From contig NC_047026.1 of the NCBI RefSeq assembly GCF_902652985.1, positions 19,778,001-19,842,000 of the forward strand: DNA of 64,000 nucleotides. Direction: 5' to 3'. Positions 24,094 to 37,500 of this stretch are shown piece by piece. Source of the DNA: Pecten maximus (lineage: Eukaryota). A model generated the notes under the pieces. It was not told where the DNA came from and did not search any database. It saw nothing but the letters and a program-made list of their open reading frames with translations. The position numbers were made by a program, and so were the translations under genes. Within the stretch, counting starts at the first letter, position 1. Each line of letters begins with the position of its first letter.

Positions 24094-25882
24094 GTTTGAC
24101 CCTGTGAGCATAAATTGAGTAAATATTAATGGATTTTGATGAAAAATTATATCAATATTATATGATCTTGAGCAATTTCCAAGTTGAGACCAATTTGATC
24201 TTAAAACTCAGTATATACTTATCACAACTCAGATCACCTATAAGGCCCTTGGGCCTCTTGTTAAGCACTATATTTATCAGAAATAACTAAAAGGATTTTT
24301 TCTCATATTTCGAATGTAATTTCAATCAAATGTCTCCAGTGACTCTTAGTTACCAATTTTGAATTTTTGACCTATTGGAATCGAGAATTTGTGAGCATGT
24401 TAGTAGTTATTTAAAAAAAAATTGACGATTTTTTCTTTATTGTCCGAAGTGCCTATTTGGGATGATCAGCGAAAGAAGATAACTTACAGCGCATGTGGTA
24501 TTTCTTTAAATGGAAAATTTACGCAAGTATTTAAAATCCTCTTGTACAAAATGAAACATTTAAACCATTTTGGACGAAACATCCTTGCTTTGGGCAAGAC
24601 GAGTTCAATTTTGTATAGCCGGAGACTCCGACTCCCGGAGGGAGTGATGAATATCAACCATATTTGGTGTGGACCATTCATTTGTGATAGAAGTTTCAAA
24701 ATTATACCAGTTGACTCCTTGGTTTGAGGGACAGGGCCAACGTTTTTAACTTGAACAATATCAAGATAATCTTGTAAGTATATGTATATACAACGAGAAG
24801 CACAGTGATCATATTAAAAGATGTTATCCTTGGTCTGACTCCACCCTTACTGACTGAAAGCCTGAGTGATAACTTTGTGATATTTAAAATCCCCACCCAG
24901 AGCAACACTCATTCTATGATTGGACATCAAGAGACTACCACAATCATGACATGTGTCTGGCCATGATCCTAGCCATAGCGACTTCTGGGCCGTAATTTAA
25001 CATTATGATTGTTGAGATCCGCAACCCATAACCATGTATGTATGTGGGTATATTGGGTTTGCAGTATTACGTCTTTCTTTCAACTTAAGGAACAGGAGAA
25101 GATTAATCAGCCACTATCTTTAAAAAACTCTACATCAAGATTTCTTAAATAGCTCACAATAGAACGTCTTCATCCAATTAGTAAAAGCGCATTTTCTGCA
25201 ACTTATACATATATGTAAAGGAGATACATGGCTAATAAATCGAGGAAATTAACTTTTCATTTGATGAATTTCTATTTCTTCGGAATGAAAGGTGGAAACT
25301 GTTCCTCCTACAGGATTTTTTTATTACAGTTTTTTTTTCTGATATTGCATGTCCATGTACATGTAGCATGGGTATATATTACACTATATATAAAAAAAAA
25401 AAAACGAGAAAAAATCCATTTTGTATTGATGTAGGTTATTAAAATTAGATACTGTAAAGTTTTTACATTTTCTATATATAGATCTTATGATTCATTGAGT
25501 TTTTCCTAAGTGTAATTTTAAATCAACTACCATTCACGATTTACCAGTGTGGAATATATAATCGATCATCACTTAGGACCTAATTGTGCTCTTGATAGTC
25601 TCATATCTGATGCTCAGTATAGGTTATTATAACTCGACTCGGGTATTTTCCAGATGTTCCAAAGTTGGATAATTAAAAAATTGAAGATTTTTATCATTTA
25701 TAATGTCATTTTGACATGTAGTATTGCCCTTTCTGCCAGCGATGATTTCCGTAGAACACATTCAGGTCCGTTCATGTCTTTAGGAAGACCCGTTACATCT
25801 TCTTTCACTACACATGCGCATTACATGAAAAAAGTGAGTTTGCTCTAAATCGTACATTGACGCTCGAAATAGGCCTACGAGA

Positions 25883-28800
25883 ATGGCGACCAGGGATGAA
25901 ACTCCAGTGGCGTGGAAAATGTTGAAAGACGTTATTGACGAAAGAAAAAATGTGCAAGAGATGATGACACTCCAAATATTGTCATGTAATTGTTTTGGGG
26001 GTTGTCATTTTACAGATGCGTTCGTGACAACGCAAGAGAAGCTGAGTATGTTTTCAAAGCTTTCCCCTTCTGGTGAGAAAGCAAACGGGTTATACTTTCA
26101 ACATGTATGGGACATCCCGAAACTTTCTAGGCTGATTCATGAAAAACAGCGAGAAGAAGAAGATACCAGTTGTATTCAATCAACTAAACGACCTAGATTA
26201 TTAAGTGTGGAGGAAAAGAATGCTTACGTGTGTTTGCAAACTTATTTAAATGGTAAGCTCAAGTTAAACAAATGTGAAGTGATCCTCGGGATCGATTTCA
26301 GTAATACAGGCTCCGTCGAAACATAAAAAATATCTAAATATGCCAAAAAAAAAAAAAAAATATTATGTACCTCTTTTGACTTTTTAAGACCCTTTTTTAA
26401 CTTGAAATAATATTCCGCATAAACATTGTAGTAGTTGGTGACTACCTCACTGAACAATTTAAAGTATGGTATGCATGTCGCAAGCCATCCATAGCAATTA
26501 GGGTCAAGTGTCTAGCCCAATGATGCAGCACTGACAGCACAGACCATCCTGTTTCTCGGCTTCTGGATAGGGAGCATCGTGCTGCACACCAATGATCTTC
26601 ACCTGAGGTTATGTTGCTGATGCTCTGTGATGATGTCGTAGATGTTCATCGACAATGTCATGTAGTTTTGATGATATAGTTACTACATGTATATGTCATC
26701 AAACAAGCCAGAGACATACTAGTATCACTTATTCACTGTAATTGTGTTTTTAGCCCATCATCATATTCAAATTGCCCTGTCATTGGTCCATTTGTCATCC
26801 ATCTGTAAATAATCCTTGTTTATGCTATTTCTGGAAAAGAACTGGAGGGATAAAAATGGATACATTATAAATTTTGTTTGTATTGTCATTTTCCAAACAT
26901 TAAAATGAGGTCAGATAAATTTTGATAAAATATAAATGATGTACAAACTACCAGTATATAGATGGAAAATTCCCCCTAGCGTGAAGCTAGAAGGCAACCA
27001 TATCACTATGTACAATCAAAACCTGCTACACAGATACAGTAGACAAGTTCTGCTGAATAACCAAAAGGTCCAGGGTGATAATATTCGGCAGGTAGCATAC
27101 TTTGATGAAAGGCTACCAAGATTGTTAAAATGAATGACCTTCATCCATATTCAATGTCAGAGAGGTCAAATAAGATAAATTGTTAAACAACTTCTGAAGA
27201 ATAACCAAAAGCATGGTGAGAAGTCTTTCAAGTTTGTTCAAATGAATGACCTTAATCTTAATCTAAAATCACAGGGGTCAAATATGTCTCTTGTTGATAA
27301 TAAAAAAGTCCAGGTTGGTTATATTTGGTCAGTTACGGGCAGAGTTAGTAATGAATAGCCAAAATGCATAGAGTATCAGTCATAGTAACTTTAATTTGTT
27401 CTGAAATTTAATTTTAGTCCACTTGGAGGGTTACAAATGTGAAATGAAGACCAGATTTGAAGTTATATTTGTCGTTTCGATGTATGCTGTATACACATAT
27501 TTTGTTTTCTTTCTTGATGATTACTTCAACAGGTGTATAAGTAAAGTATCATTTGTGAACTGAATAAATTTGTTTCAGACCAGTAACATGTATGAAACTA
27601 AGGTTTAACTGGATTATAACTAAAAGACCACATTAATTACTACAAAAAAATTGTTTTTCTTTTTCCATTTAAGATATAGATATTCACCAGAATAGTCTTG
27701 AGAAAGTGTTAGATGGTGCAACAGCATGCTCCAAGTCTGATGTTGTAAAGGTTGTTGACGCTCACCTATTTGGACCTCTGAGTGGAGGAAACTGTTACAT
27801 TGATAATCGCATGGAGAGTAGTGCGTGCAGCTGTGGATGTGGCAAACAACTTAAGGGTGGTCCTACAGGCCTGGGTGAGTTCATGTTCAGGGCGGTGGGG
27901 TGAATCAATGGTAACATACTTGCCTTTCACCTAAGTTGCCGGGGTTCGATTCCCAGCTTGGACCTCACAAATATATGGGGTCACCTGCCAGGCACATGGG
28001 TTTTCCCTAGCAAACAAGAGTGATTAATATAAGTTGACTGTGAGCTAAATTATGTTAGGGGGTTGGAGGGGGCATCTGTCAATTTTACCTTCAACACACT
28101 TTTAGTCCTGAACAATGGATTATGACCTAAATTTGACCCGCAGTGCCCAGTGCAATTGGGCAGGAGGGACTCAGTTTTTACCCCACCATTATGGAATGAT
28201 GGGCTCTTCGATTAATCCTTTGTCAGTTGTCTGTCGTTCTGTTTGTCATTTTGTGTCCTTAACCATTGTTGATGCCCCGAGGATCATTAATGGGTGGGGT
28301 GCAAAATGAGTCCTAACACTTAATCCTTTGAGTGTCTTCTCCAAATAAGAACGATTTTCTCCCATATCTGATTGGTAGCATTCCTGAAATTAAATAGCTG
28401 ACCTCAAGGGTGATAAGGTGGGGCTAAAAAGACCTTTTATATCATCAATACTGTATCCCCACCCTTTAATTATTCACAAGCGAGGATGGACAGGGTTTTT
28501 GTACCTGCCATAGGGGCTTATTTATTTGGTTAGTTGACTTAGTTGAGTTCCCCATTTTATAACCATATGTAACGATGCTTAACATTAAGAGATGAACAAA
28601 ACGTTTAACTATTCTATAAATATGGTTTGTTGGGTCTAACTCAACCCCAGGGTATTAAATAGTCATCATTTCATCACAGTATCCACTTTATAACAGTCAC
28701 CGCCTCATCACACTCACCACCTCATTACAGTCACGAACCTCACCACAGTCACCACCTCACCACAGTCACCACCTCATTACAGTCACCACCTCATTACAGT

Positions 28801-31368
28801 CACCACAGTCACCACCTCATTACAGTCACCACCTCACCACAGTCACCACCTCATCACATTCACCGCCTCACCACAGTCACCACCTCATCAGTCACCACCT
28901 CATCACAGTCACCACCTCATCCAGTCACCACCTTATCACAGTTACACCTTGACAGTCACCACCTCACCACCTCATCACATTCACCACCTCATCAGTCACC
29001 GCCTCACCACAGTCACCACCTCATCACATTCACCACCTCATCACATTCACCACCTCATCAGTCACCGACTCACCACAGTCACCACCTCATCACATTCACC
29101 ACCTCATCAGTCACCGCCTCATCACATTCACCACCTCACCACAGTCACCACCTCATCATAGTCACCACCTCATCACAGTCACCACCTCATCACATTCACC
29201 TCCTCATCAGTCACCGCCTAATCACACTTACCGCCTCACCAGCTCACCACAGTCACCACCTCATCACAGTCACCACCTCATCACAGACACCACCTCATCA
29301 CAGTCACCACCTCATCACAGTCACCACCTCATCACATTAACCACCTCATCACAGTCATCACCTCATCATACTCACCGCCTTATCACAGTCACCACCTCAT
29401 CACAGTCACCACCTCATCACATTAACCACCTCATCACAGTCACCACCTCATCACAGTCACCACCTCACCACATTCACCACCTCACCATATTCACCACCTC
29501 ACCACAGTCTCCACCTCGTCACACTCACCGCCTCACTACAGTCACCACCTCATTAGTCACCACCTCGTCACATTCACCACCTCATCACATTCACCACCTC
29601 ATCACAGTCACCACCTCATCACATTCACCACCTCACCAGTCACCACCTCATCACAGTCACCACCTCATCACATTCACCACCTCATCACAGTCACCACCTC
29701 ATCACACTCACCACCTCACCAGTCACCACCTCATCACAGTCACCACCTCATCACATTCACCACCTCATCACATTCACCACCTCATCACACTCGACGCCTC
29801 ACCACAGTCACCACCTCATTACAGTTACCACCTCATCACATTCACAATCTCATTACAGTCACCACCTCATCAGTCACCACCTCATTATACTCACCACCTC
29901 ATCACATTCACCACCTCATCACATTGACCACTTCATCAGTCACCACCTCATCACAGTCACCACTTCATCAGTCACCACCTCATCAGTCACCACCTCATCA
30001 GTCACCACCTCATCACAGTCACCACCTCATTTTACTCACCACCTCACCACAGTCACCACCTCATCACAGTCACCACTTCATCAGTCACCACCTCATCACA
30101 GTCACCACTTCATCAGTCACCACCTCATCACAGTCACCACCTCATCAGTCACCACCTCATCAGTCACCACCTCATCACAGTCACCACCTCATCAGTCACC
30201 ACCTCATCACAGTCACCACCTCATCAGTCACCACCTCATCAGTCACCACCTCATTATACTCACCACCTCATCACATTCACCACCTCGTCACATTCACCAC
30301 CTCATCACAGTCACCATCTCATCAGTCACCATCTCATCAGTCACCACCTCATCACAGTCACCACCTCATCACATTTACCACCTCATCACAGTCACCACTT
30401 CATCAGTCACCACGTCATCACATTCACCACCTCATCATACTCACCGCCTTACCACAGTCACCACCTCATCACAGTTACTACCTCATCACAGTCACCACCT
30501 CATCACATTCACCACCTCATCATACTCACCGCCTCACCACAGTCACCACTTTATCAGTCACCACCTCATCCACAGTCACCACCTCATCCACAGTCACCAC
30601 CTCATCACAGTCACCACCTCACCACAGTCACCACCTCATCACAGTCACAACTTCATAAGTCACCACCTTCTCTAATTGATCACCTCGTCACATTCATCAA
30701 CTCTTGTTTTGTTTATTTTTACAGGAGTTGAATACACCTGGCATGGTTATGCTGACATTTTTATTAACCAGACTGTACCTGTGGCAGTGTGGTCAGAACT
30801 GGAACAGCCAGAACCGGACAGTTATATACCTGATTCCGAAGAACAATGGCAGGGTTTGCCAAGTGACATACAAGAGGTTGAAGATAAAAAAGTCAGAGAT
30901 GCATTTCCAGAAACCAATCCTAAATCTGCTGCTTGTAGTCGGTTAATGGCCCAGACAATTACCAATGCTTTTGCTCAAGTAAATCAAAATGAGCAACTTG
31001 CAGGGTTAGCAGTCCCGGCATTTGGTTGTACTCCTTCAAACTTAATGTTTTATGCATATGATTGCAAAAATGATGTACTTCTCCGGAAAATATTTGGAGT
31101 TAACTTTGTTCATAAGCAATCTCTTGCAGAAGCTGCTGTCTTGGTCTGGCTACATTTGAATTTTACAGTTTTTATGAAAGAGGATGTAACAAGTATTGAA
31201 GCACATCCAGAGCTTGAAAACTTCAAATCAAAATTTTGCATCAATGACTCGATCCGTTCATGGTACAAAAATGTCAAAGTTGGTGAAAAAGTTACAGGAC
31301 TCAAACACTCATCTAGAAATGAAACGCATGTGGAATTGGTCACTACAAGAAAAGTCAAAATCGATTAG
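25883..31368 (+). CDS. Gene B: uncharacterised 3-exon protein (~404 aa), paralogue of gene A; exons 25883-26252, 27674-27874, 30725-31368
   Basis: Phase-1 GT-AG introns (aatg|gtaag, ttaag|at, ctgg|gtgagt, tttacag|ga) give an open 1215-nt frame. Shared motifs HLFGxLS, CSC..C, GxTxxG, WHGxxD and YxYDxxxDxLL. AATAAA at ~31417. Confidence 0.8.
27890..28030 (+). mobile_element. Degenerate tRNA-derived SINE (V-SINE-like)
   Basis: A-box-like head, B box ggttcgattccc, then tgggttttcc. Confidence 0.5.
28690..30700 (+). repeat. ~2-kb C-rich minisatellite (cacagtcaccacctcat, 14-17-bp variants) in intron 2 of gene B
   Basis: Directly visible tandem array ending ~25 bp before the exon 3 acceptor. Confidence 0.97.
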
Positions 31369-31584
31369 TTCAGGGCGGCTACAAACTTTCTAAAACAAAT
31401 TGGATACAAATGTCAAAATAAATACAATGATAGTTTCAACTTCTTTTACAAATCATTACCAAAGAGTGATCTTAAACATTTCAGAAGTAACTTCAGCTTT
31501 GGCTGTTGTGATTAACGGGCAATGATTGTGCCGGTCATTAATAATAAGTTGATACATGTATAAGTCATTAAAACATTGCTAAAG

Positions 31585-31733
31585 ACAGGCCAAATATGAA
31601 ATTCCTGGGCCTCTTGGTTAACGAGAAGAAATTGTTTAAATGAAAAAGTTGACGCCGGACGGACGGAGGGACGGACGACGGACGCCGCACCACGGCATAA
31701 GCTCACTTGCCCTTCGGGCAGGTGAGCTAAAAA
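31585..31733 (-). mobile_element. 5' fragment of the same HINE family as 14023-14821
   Basis: Reverse complement of tttttagctcacctgcccgaagggcaagtgagcttatgcc... Confidence 0.85.
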
Positions 31734-31734
31734 T

Positions 31735-32305
31735 AGTATCGGTGGTGAGCTAAAAATAGTATCGGTGATTAATACACAAAGATAGTGTCGGTGATTAATA
31801 CACAAAGATAGTATCGGTGATTAATACACAATGATAGTATCGGTCATTAATACACAATGATAGTATCGGTCATTAATACACAATGATAGTATCGGTCATT
31901 AATACACAACGATAGTATCGATCATTAATACACAAAGAAAGTATTGGTCATTAATACACAGTGATAGTATTGGTCATTAATACACAAAACGATAGTATCG
32001 GTCATTAATACACAATGATAGTATCGGTCATTAATACACAATGATAGTATCGGTCATTAATACACAAAGGCGCATATGGTGTCTGTCATTAATATACAGG
32101 CAGATAGTATCGATCATTAATACACAATGATAGTATCGGTCATTAATACACAAAGATAGTATCGGTCATTAATACACAATGATGGTATCGGTCATTAATA
32201 CACAAAGATGCATATGGTGTCTGTCATTAATATACAGGCAGATAGTATCGATCATTAATACACAATGATAGTATCGGTCATTAATACACAAAGATGCATA
32301 TGGTG
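31735..32305 (+). repeat. 26-bp minisatellite (gatagtatcggtcattaatacacaat); degenerate copies resume after 43195
   Basis: Directly visible tandem array. Confidence 0.95.
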
Positions 32306-32846
32306 CACTAAACATCGTCTTTTCGCCCCGCTGTTTATCGTTATGGCGCCCCGCTAATCATCGTCTTTTCGCCCCGCCATTACGCTGTTTATCGTCATGG
32401 CGCCCCGCTAATCATCGTCTTTTTGCCCCGCCATTACGCTGTTTATCGTTATGGCGCCCCGCTAAACATCGTCTTTTCGCCCCGCTAAACATCGTCTTTT
32501 CGCCACGAGAAGACGATATTTATCGTTATGGCGCCTTCCGGCTGGTCATGCGCTGAGCAATCTTTCATAGAAGATGGCAGAGTAAAGCAGTTACACCATC
32601 CTTTTGAACGGAGACAATACCACTAGTATCCGTCTTATTTAGCTTTAATAACCTTTTAGATGAGTTTTAAAATGGTTTGGTACACATTGTACCGCTTATG
32701 TTCACTTGTGCTGTTTTATATATGTTCGAATATACGGTTAAGTTGCTTTTTCAATTTTACATTTTGAAATCATAATTTATATTCAGTAAAAATGTGTAAC
32801 ATGTTGTTAAATACAATTTCTGATAATTTTCCTTAAACATTGTCAG

Positions 32847-35800
32847 AACAGGATCTAATTAGAGAATATCATTTTGCTGGCTACACGTTTGTTTTTCAGA
32901 CTATTTGGACAACGCTTCAAATATTTGTTTTTTTACCACATCATTGATTCCCTCTTTATGAGGATGTTATATTTTTAATGCATTGAACTGTTACCAAATG
33001 GTAGTATACAGTCGATATGAATACAATTTGGGTGACAGATAAATAGAATGTCGCTTCTCCTATCACTGACGTCATCAAGTTCAAATACCGGAACAGCGGA
33101 AATTTCCAGAAGGAATAATATAGTCCCTCATGTCGTTAACAATAGCAATCACATGAAATGTTTTTTGCACAATTTGGCTTTATATTATATTTTATAAACG
33201 TTTGTAGATATCTTCAAATTGTTCACAATTGCATAATTTCTGATTGTTTAAAAATAAAGCCGTTTTTCGGCGCATGGTATACGGTTAACATTTAGAAGTG
33301 ATGCGGCGTTGAATGGGTACTGCACAGGACAGACTCGATTCCTCGGAAACACTTATATTTCTATCGACTGGATTTACGTTATTTTCAGAGGAATATCATC
33401 TCTTAAATTCTAAATGAATGTCGTCTTGACAGTAGGTGAAAAAGATTCCAAGGATATTTCATTAGAAACAGAATCCAGTCTAACCGGTCACATCAGTGTC
33501 GCTAACTTAGCAGACGATGTTCAACTTCACAGGGGTTCAATTTTGGAGTAAGGTAGGCCTAGGCCTTTGACATCGGTGAATAACCACATAACTATAATTC
33601 AGTATGCATACACAACCAGAAACCATGTCGATACTGCCGATTTTTCGCAATTTAAAAAAAAAAAATGCTGGACTTTAAATGTTGTCGTGTCTAGCATTTC
33701 TGACATTTCGACAACGAGCCCCTGTGTGACGACAGTGACAATTTGATTACTTCCTATAGATCAGGAATAGAGCTTATAATAATTTTGTGTCGAGTCGGTC
33801 GACTTCATTTTTTCTATTATTAAATTTTACTTTCATAACTTGCGTTGCTTTTTTGTGGTGGTTTACGTAGATAAATACTAGCATTCTAAATCTCTCCTGG
33901 CTGAATGTAGGAAACTGGGGACCATTGTTTTGACCAGCAACACCTGGGGCTGTATCCCTACTCTGACCGAATCACTGTAAATTGTAGTATACACTCTGAT
34001 GAATACAATTTGGTTTACTAACGACATATAGGCAAATGCAACACAGAATGTATGTATTTTGAATGAAAGAGCATTGCATGTTATATATAGTGAGTTTACA
34101 AAGCCACGTTTATATTTATGTAATATTAATTATAAGCTGTTATTTCAGCTGTAGACAACGACATCGGATACTCAGATCACTAGGTCTTCGTCGTCAGCAT
34201 GCGGTAACGGATGAAGTAGCTCAAGCTATACAGGTAAGTGTATCCTCCTTATTTGGTAAAATACATACCTGGTGAAAAGTATCATTTTATTTAGCTCATA
34301 TACTCACTTCGGATAAGTTATTCCAGTATGATTTATAATGAAGCCCTGATAGGAATATATAAAACGCAGATGCATTTATAATTGTTATCGCATTTGTCGC
34401 ATATTCTTTAATAAAAAAAACAATAATTGCGGCCATTTGTGATGAGCAACCAATTTTCCACCATTCGCATATGTCGTATGTATTGTTGATCGAGTTTCTA
34501 TTTAAAAAAAATAAGCAAACAAAGCTTCACAGTATGGATATATGCATCACTTAAAACTATGTACACACACATATATCCATGAAAAGGGTCAGCAATGGTA
34601 TACATATTATTACATATTATATGAAAAGAGATGAAAAAAATAGGTTAAATGACATAATAAGGTAAAATAACCTATGTTTAATAGTACGAAACTGTAACAA
34701 AAATAAGAATGTATTGAATAAACTGGTATCTTAATTGTAATTATGATTTTCGTCATCTTTGTACATTTCACAATACAGCAAGACATACAATGCAGTGTAT
34801 CATCGCTTGGTTATAGAAGCATGACGCGTCGTCTTTTGACAAGGCATGGAATAGTAGTTGCAAGGTAAGATTATGTTCGTCAGAAAAAAAACCAAACAAA
34901 CAAATCAAAACAAACCACATTATTCGTTAACACAATGCATGACATGAAAAGTAAAACAAGTATCAATATTAGCATTTAAAAACAGAACGAAATAAATCAA
35001 ACTTTGAGATCATTTACGGCATTTCCATTTCTGAACATGAACAAAGATATGCTCTCGAAATGATGTTCGCTTTTGTTCATTTACCTTCGTTTCCTGCACT
35101 TACTCACATTTTAAGTTTATCCAGTATACGTGCATATGACACATTTATCCAGAATTCAATGTACATGTGGGTGGCACGTGTACCCGGTTTACCTAAGAGT
35201 GACACGTCTAGTATACATGTGTGTGATATGTACACAGGTATACATGTAGGTGACATGTGTACCCGGTATACATGTATGTATGTGACATGTGTATCCGTTA
35301 TACATATATGTAGGTGACATGTGTACCCGGTATACATGTAGGTGACATGTGTACCCGGTATACATAGATGTAGGTGACATGTGTACCCGGTATACGTGTG
35401 TGTGACATGTGTACCCGGTATACGTGTAGGTGATATGTGTACCCGGTATACGTGTATGTGACATGTATACCCGGTATACGTGTGTGTAGGTGACATGTGT
35501 ACCCGGTATACGTGTGTGTGACATGTGTACCCGGTATACGTGTACTCGTCATTTAAAAATTTATAGTTAATACTCATAAGCGATATCCCTGTTTCAATTC
35601 GATTGACGTCGTCTATAAATTGTAATAAAGTGACTAAAACTTTATTTACCAGTATCGATCCCAATATAAAGTGTTTGTGCCTTTTGGTTATAGGGAAAGT
35701 TATATAAATGCTTCAGTATATTCGAAGCATGTGCACTTGAATTAAGACCAAGGTCAATGCACAGCTATACATTTGGTAGTTATTATACAATACCGCAATT

Positions 35801-37500
35801 GATGTTAAATATCGAGTATGTTTGTGAAATATTAAAGGAGCTGAAACATCCCTAACTTTGGCATGAAAATTTACGTCTTTAACACTACACAGTGACCTTG
35901 AAATATATGCAAAACATAAAGGCACTGAAACGGATCAAATGGATCAAAATGCCATTATCCACGTGATATATCGTGGCCATATTGACCTTGAAATTCTGCA
36001 TTATACCTTTGTTAAATCATGCTGAGAGAGAGAGATTGCAAATGAAATAACATGTTAAATATATCAGACATTTCATGTACAATAGAGATGTTTAATTCGA
36101 TGAAATACATGATTAACATTGAACACTACTTGACTAAATGTTGAGTTGGCTTGCTTTTTTCACTTCAGGAGCAATGTGTTGACTCTTCAGCGCGAACTGG
36201 ACCCGGACGGTGTTCGTAGCAGACAGATGCACCGAAGGACCGAGTATCCTTATACATGTCGATGGCTATGACAAACTTAAACGATTTGGTTTTGCCATTC
36301 ACGGTGCAATATGCGGGTATTTTTTTCACGTCAAAGCTTATTTTTCATTTCTATCTGAAGTACAGTATGTAAATAGGTATGGAATATGTGCGATATTATT
36401 TTGAGGTCGAGGTCAATATACATTGTACGTAGCGGTAGATTAAGTTTCTTGATTAAAACAATATTGGAAAAAAGTCTAGTTTTCTTTCATATCATTTTCA
36501 CATATGTAAGTATTAATGAAATTATAGGTACAAACTTTCAATTTCGTTTCTTTTTCGAAATAGTCGTGTCTGTTTACAACGACATTCAAGCGACATCACA
36601 CGTGTTTTGACGGTATGCACAAAGTGTTTTTAATGTCACCATGTTATTTAACAATTAAATGATTGGTAGATTCTATTTATAGTCAAGGTGAATGCAATCC
36701 GAGTGACAAGGAAATGTAATGTTACATTAACACACGTAAAGTTTTCCTTTTTCTAAATCCGTAGTTAATGTTCAGCCTTCCCCTAGTATATGTTCATTAA
36801 AAAAAACGGCAAACTTAAAATCCATTAACCTCCTGTGATTGATTTGCATTCAAACTGACACAGCCATATTTCAAAGAATCGCCGTTGTGATGGTAGACAA
36901 AGCGCCAAAATGAAAATTACGCGATGGTTCCAATGACAAATCCTTGCTACGTTTGATTTACCCCCAACGCATCGCAAAGAATTCTGTGACGTAAATAATA
37001 CCTTGTACATATTTGCTTTATGATATTAATTATAATATAATGACATGACAGAGCAGGTCATTTATGGGATAAAATAATGTTTTGTGAGATTCATGAAGGA
37101 CACCAAAGACCAAAAGAATCTTCATGGTTGAGAATGGAGAATTGAATACAGTCAAGCCATATGGAAAAATAAACTGCAACACACAACTTGTTTCTTATTG
37201 CAAACATATAGGAGGCGCAAGACGAAACCAATTTTTACAAATAAAATAAGTCAAGAACATGCATAACTTTATGAACTGTATATATTTATTTGTCGCTTTG
37301 ATTGTTGTAGGCACAGTTGATTACAAGATACTGGTGGGTAATGAAGACATCGAAGGAGTTAAAGAACTCTGTACTTGTGAAAATGTTCAAGTTAATTCTG
37401 AAGTAGTCACTGTATTATAACAGGATATGGATGAGAAGAGGATTAGAAAGCCATCCACATATAGGGAAGCTCTGGAACTGTGGAGAACTAGTTCACTACT
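32847..37500 (+). pseudogene. IS3EU-type integrase-core transposase pseudogene; exon remnants ~32847-32890, 34149-34233, 34779-34864, 36169-36316, 37311-37500
   Basis: QDLIREYHFAGYT; RHRILRSLGLRR; LGYRSMTRRLLTRHGIVVAR; LQRELDPDGVRSR; IHVDGYDKLKRFGFAIHGAICG; GTVDYKILV...PSTYREALEL. Internal exons are bounded by GT-AG sites; contains frameshifts and stops. Confidence 0.8.
35165..35545 (+). repeat. ~28-32-bp purine-pyrimidine alternating minisatellite (gtgacatgtgtacccggtatacgtgtag)
   Basis: Directly visible tandem array. Confidence 0.95.

Noticed and set aside
24400-25200. Possible exons of a third gene between genes A and B
   Set aside because: Only short ORFs with stops and no recognisable motif or similarity to A/B.
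29924-30658. 244-aa Ser/Thr/His/Pro-rich mucin-like ORF
   Set aside because: Translation of a minisatellite with a TTG start and no evident splice sites; it lies within intron 2 of gene B.
35060-35664. Several overlapping repetitive ORFs
   Set aside because: Artefacts of the ~30-bp minisatellite.
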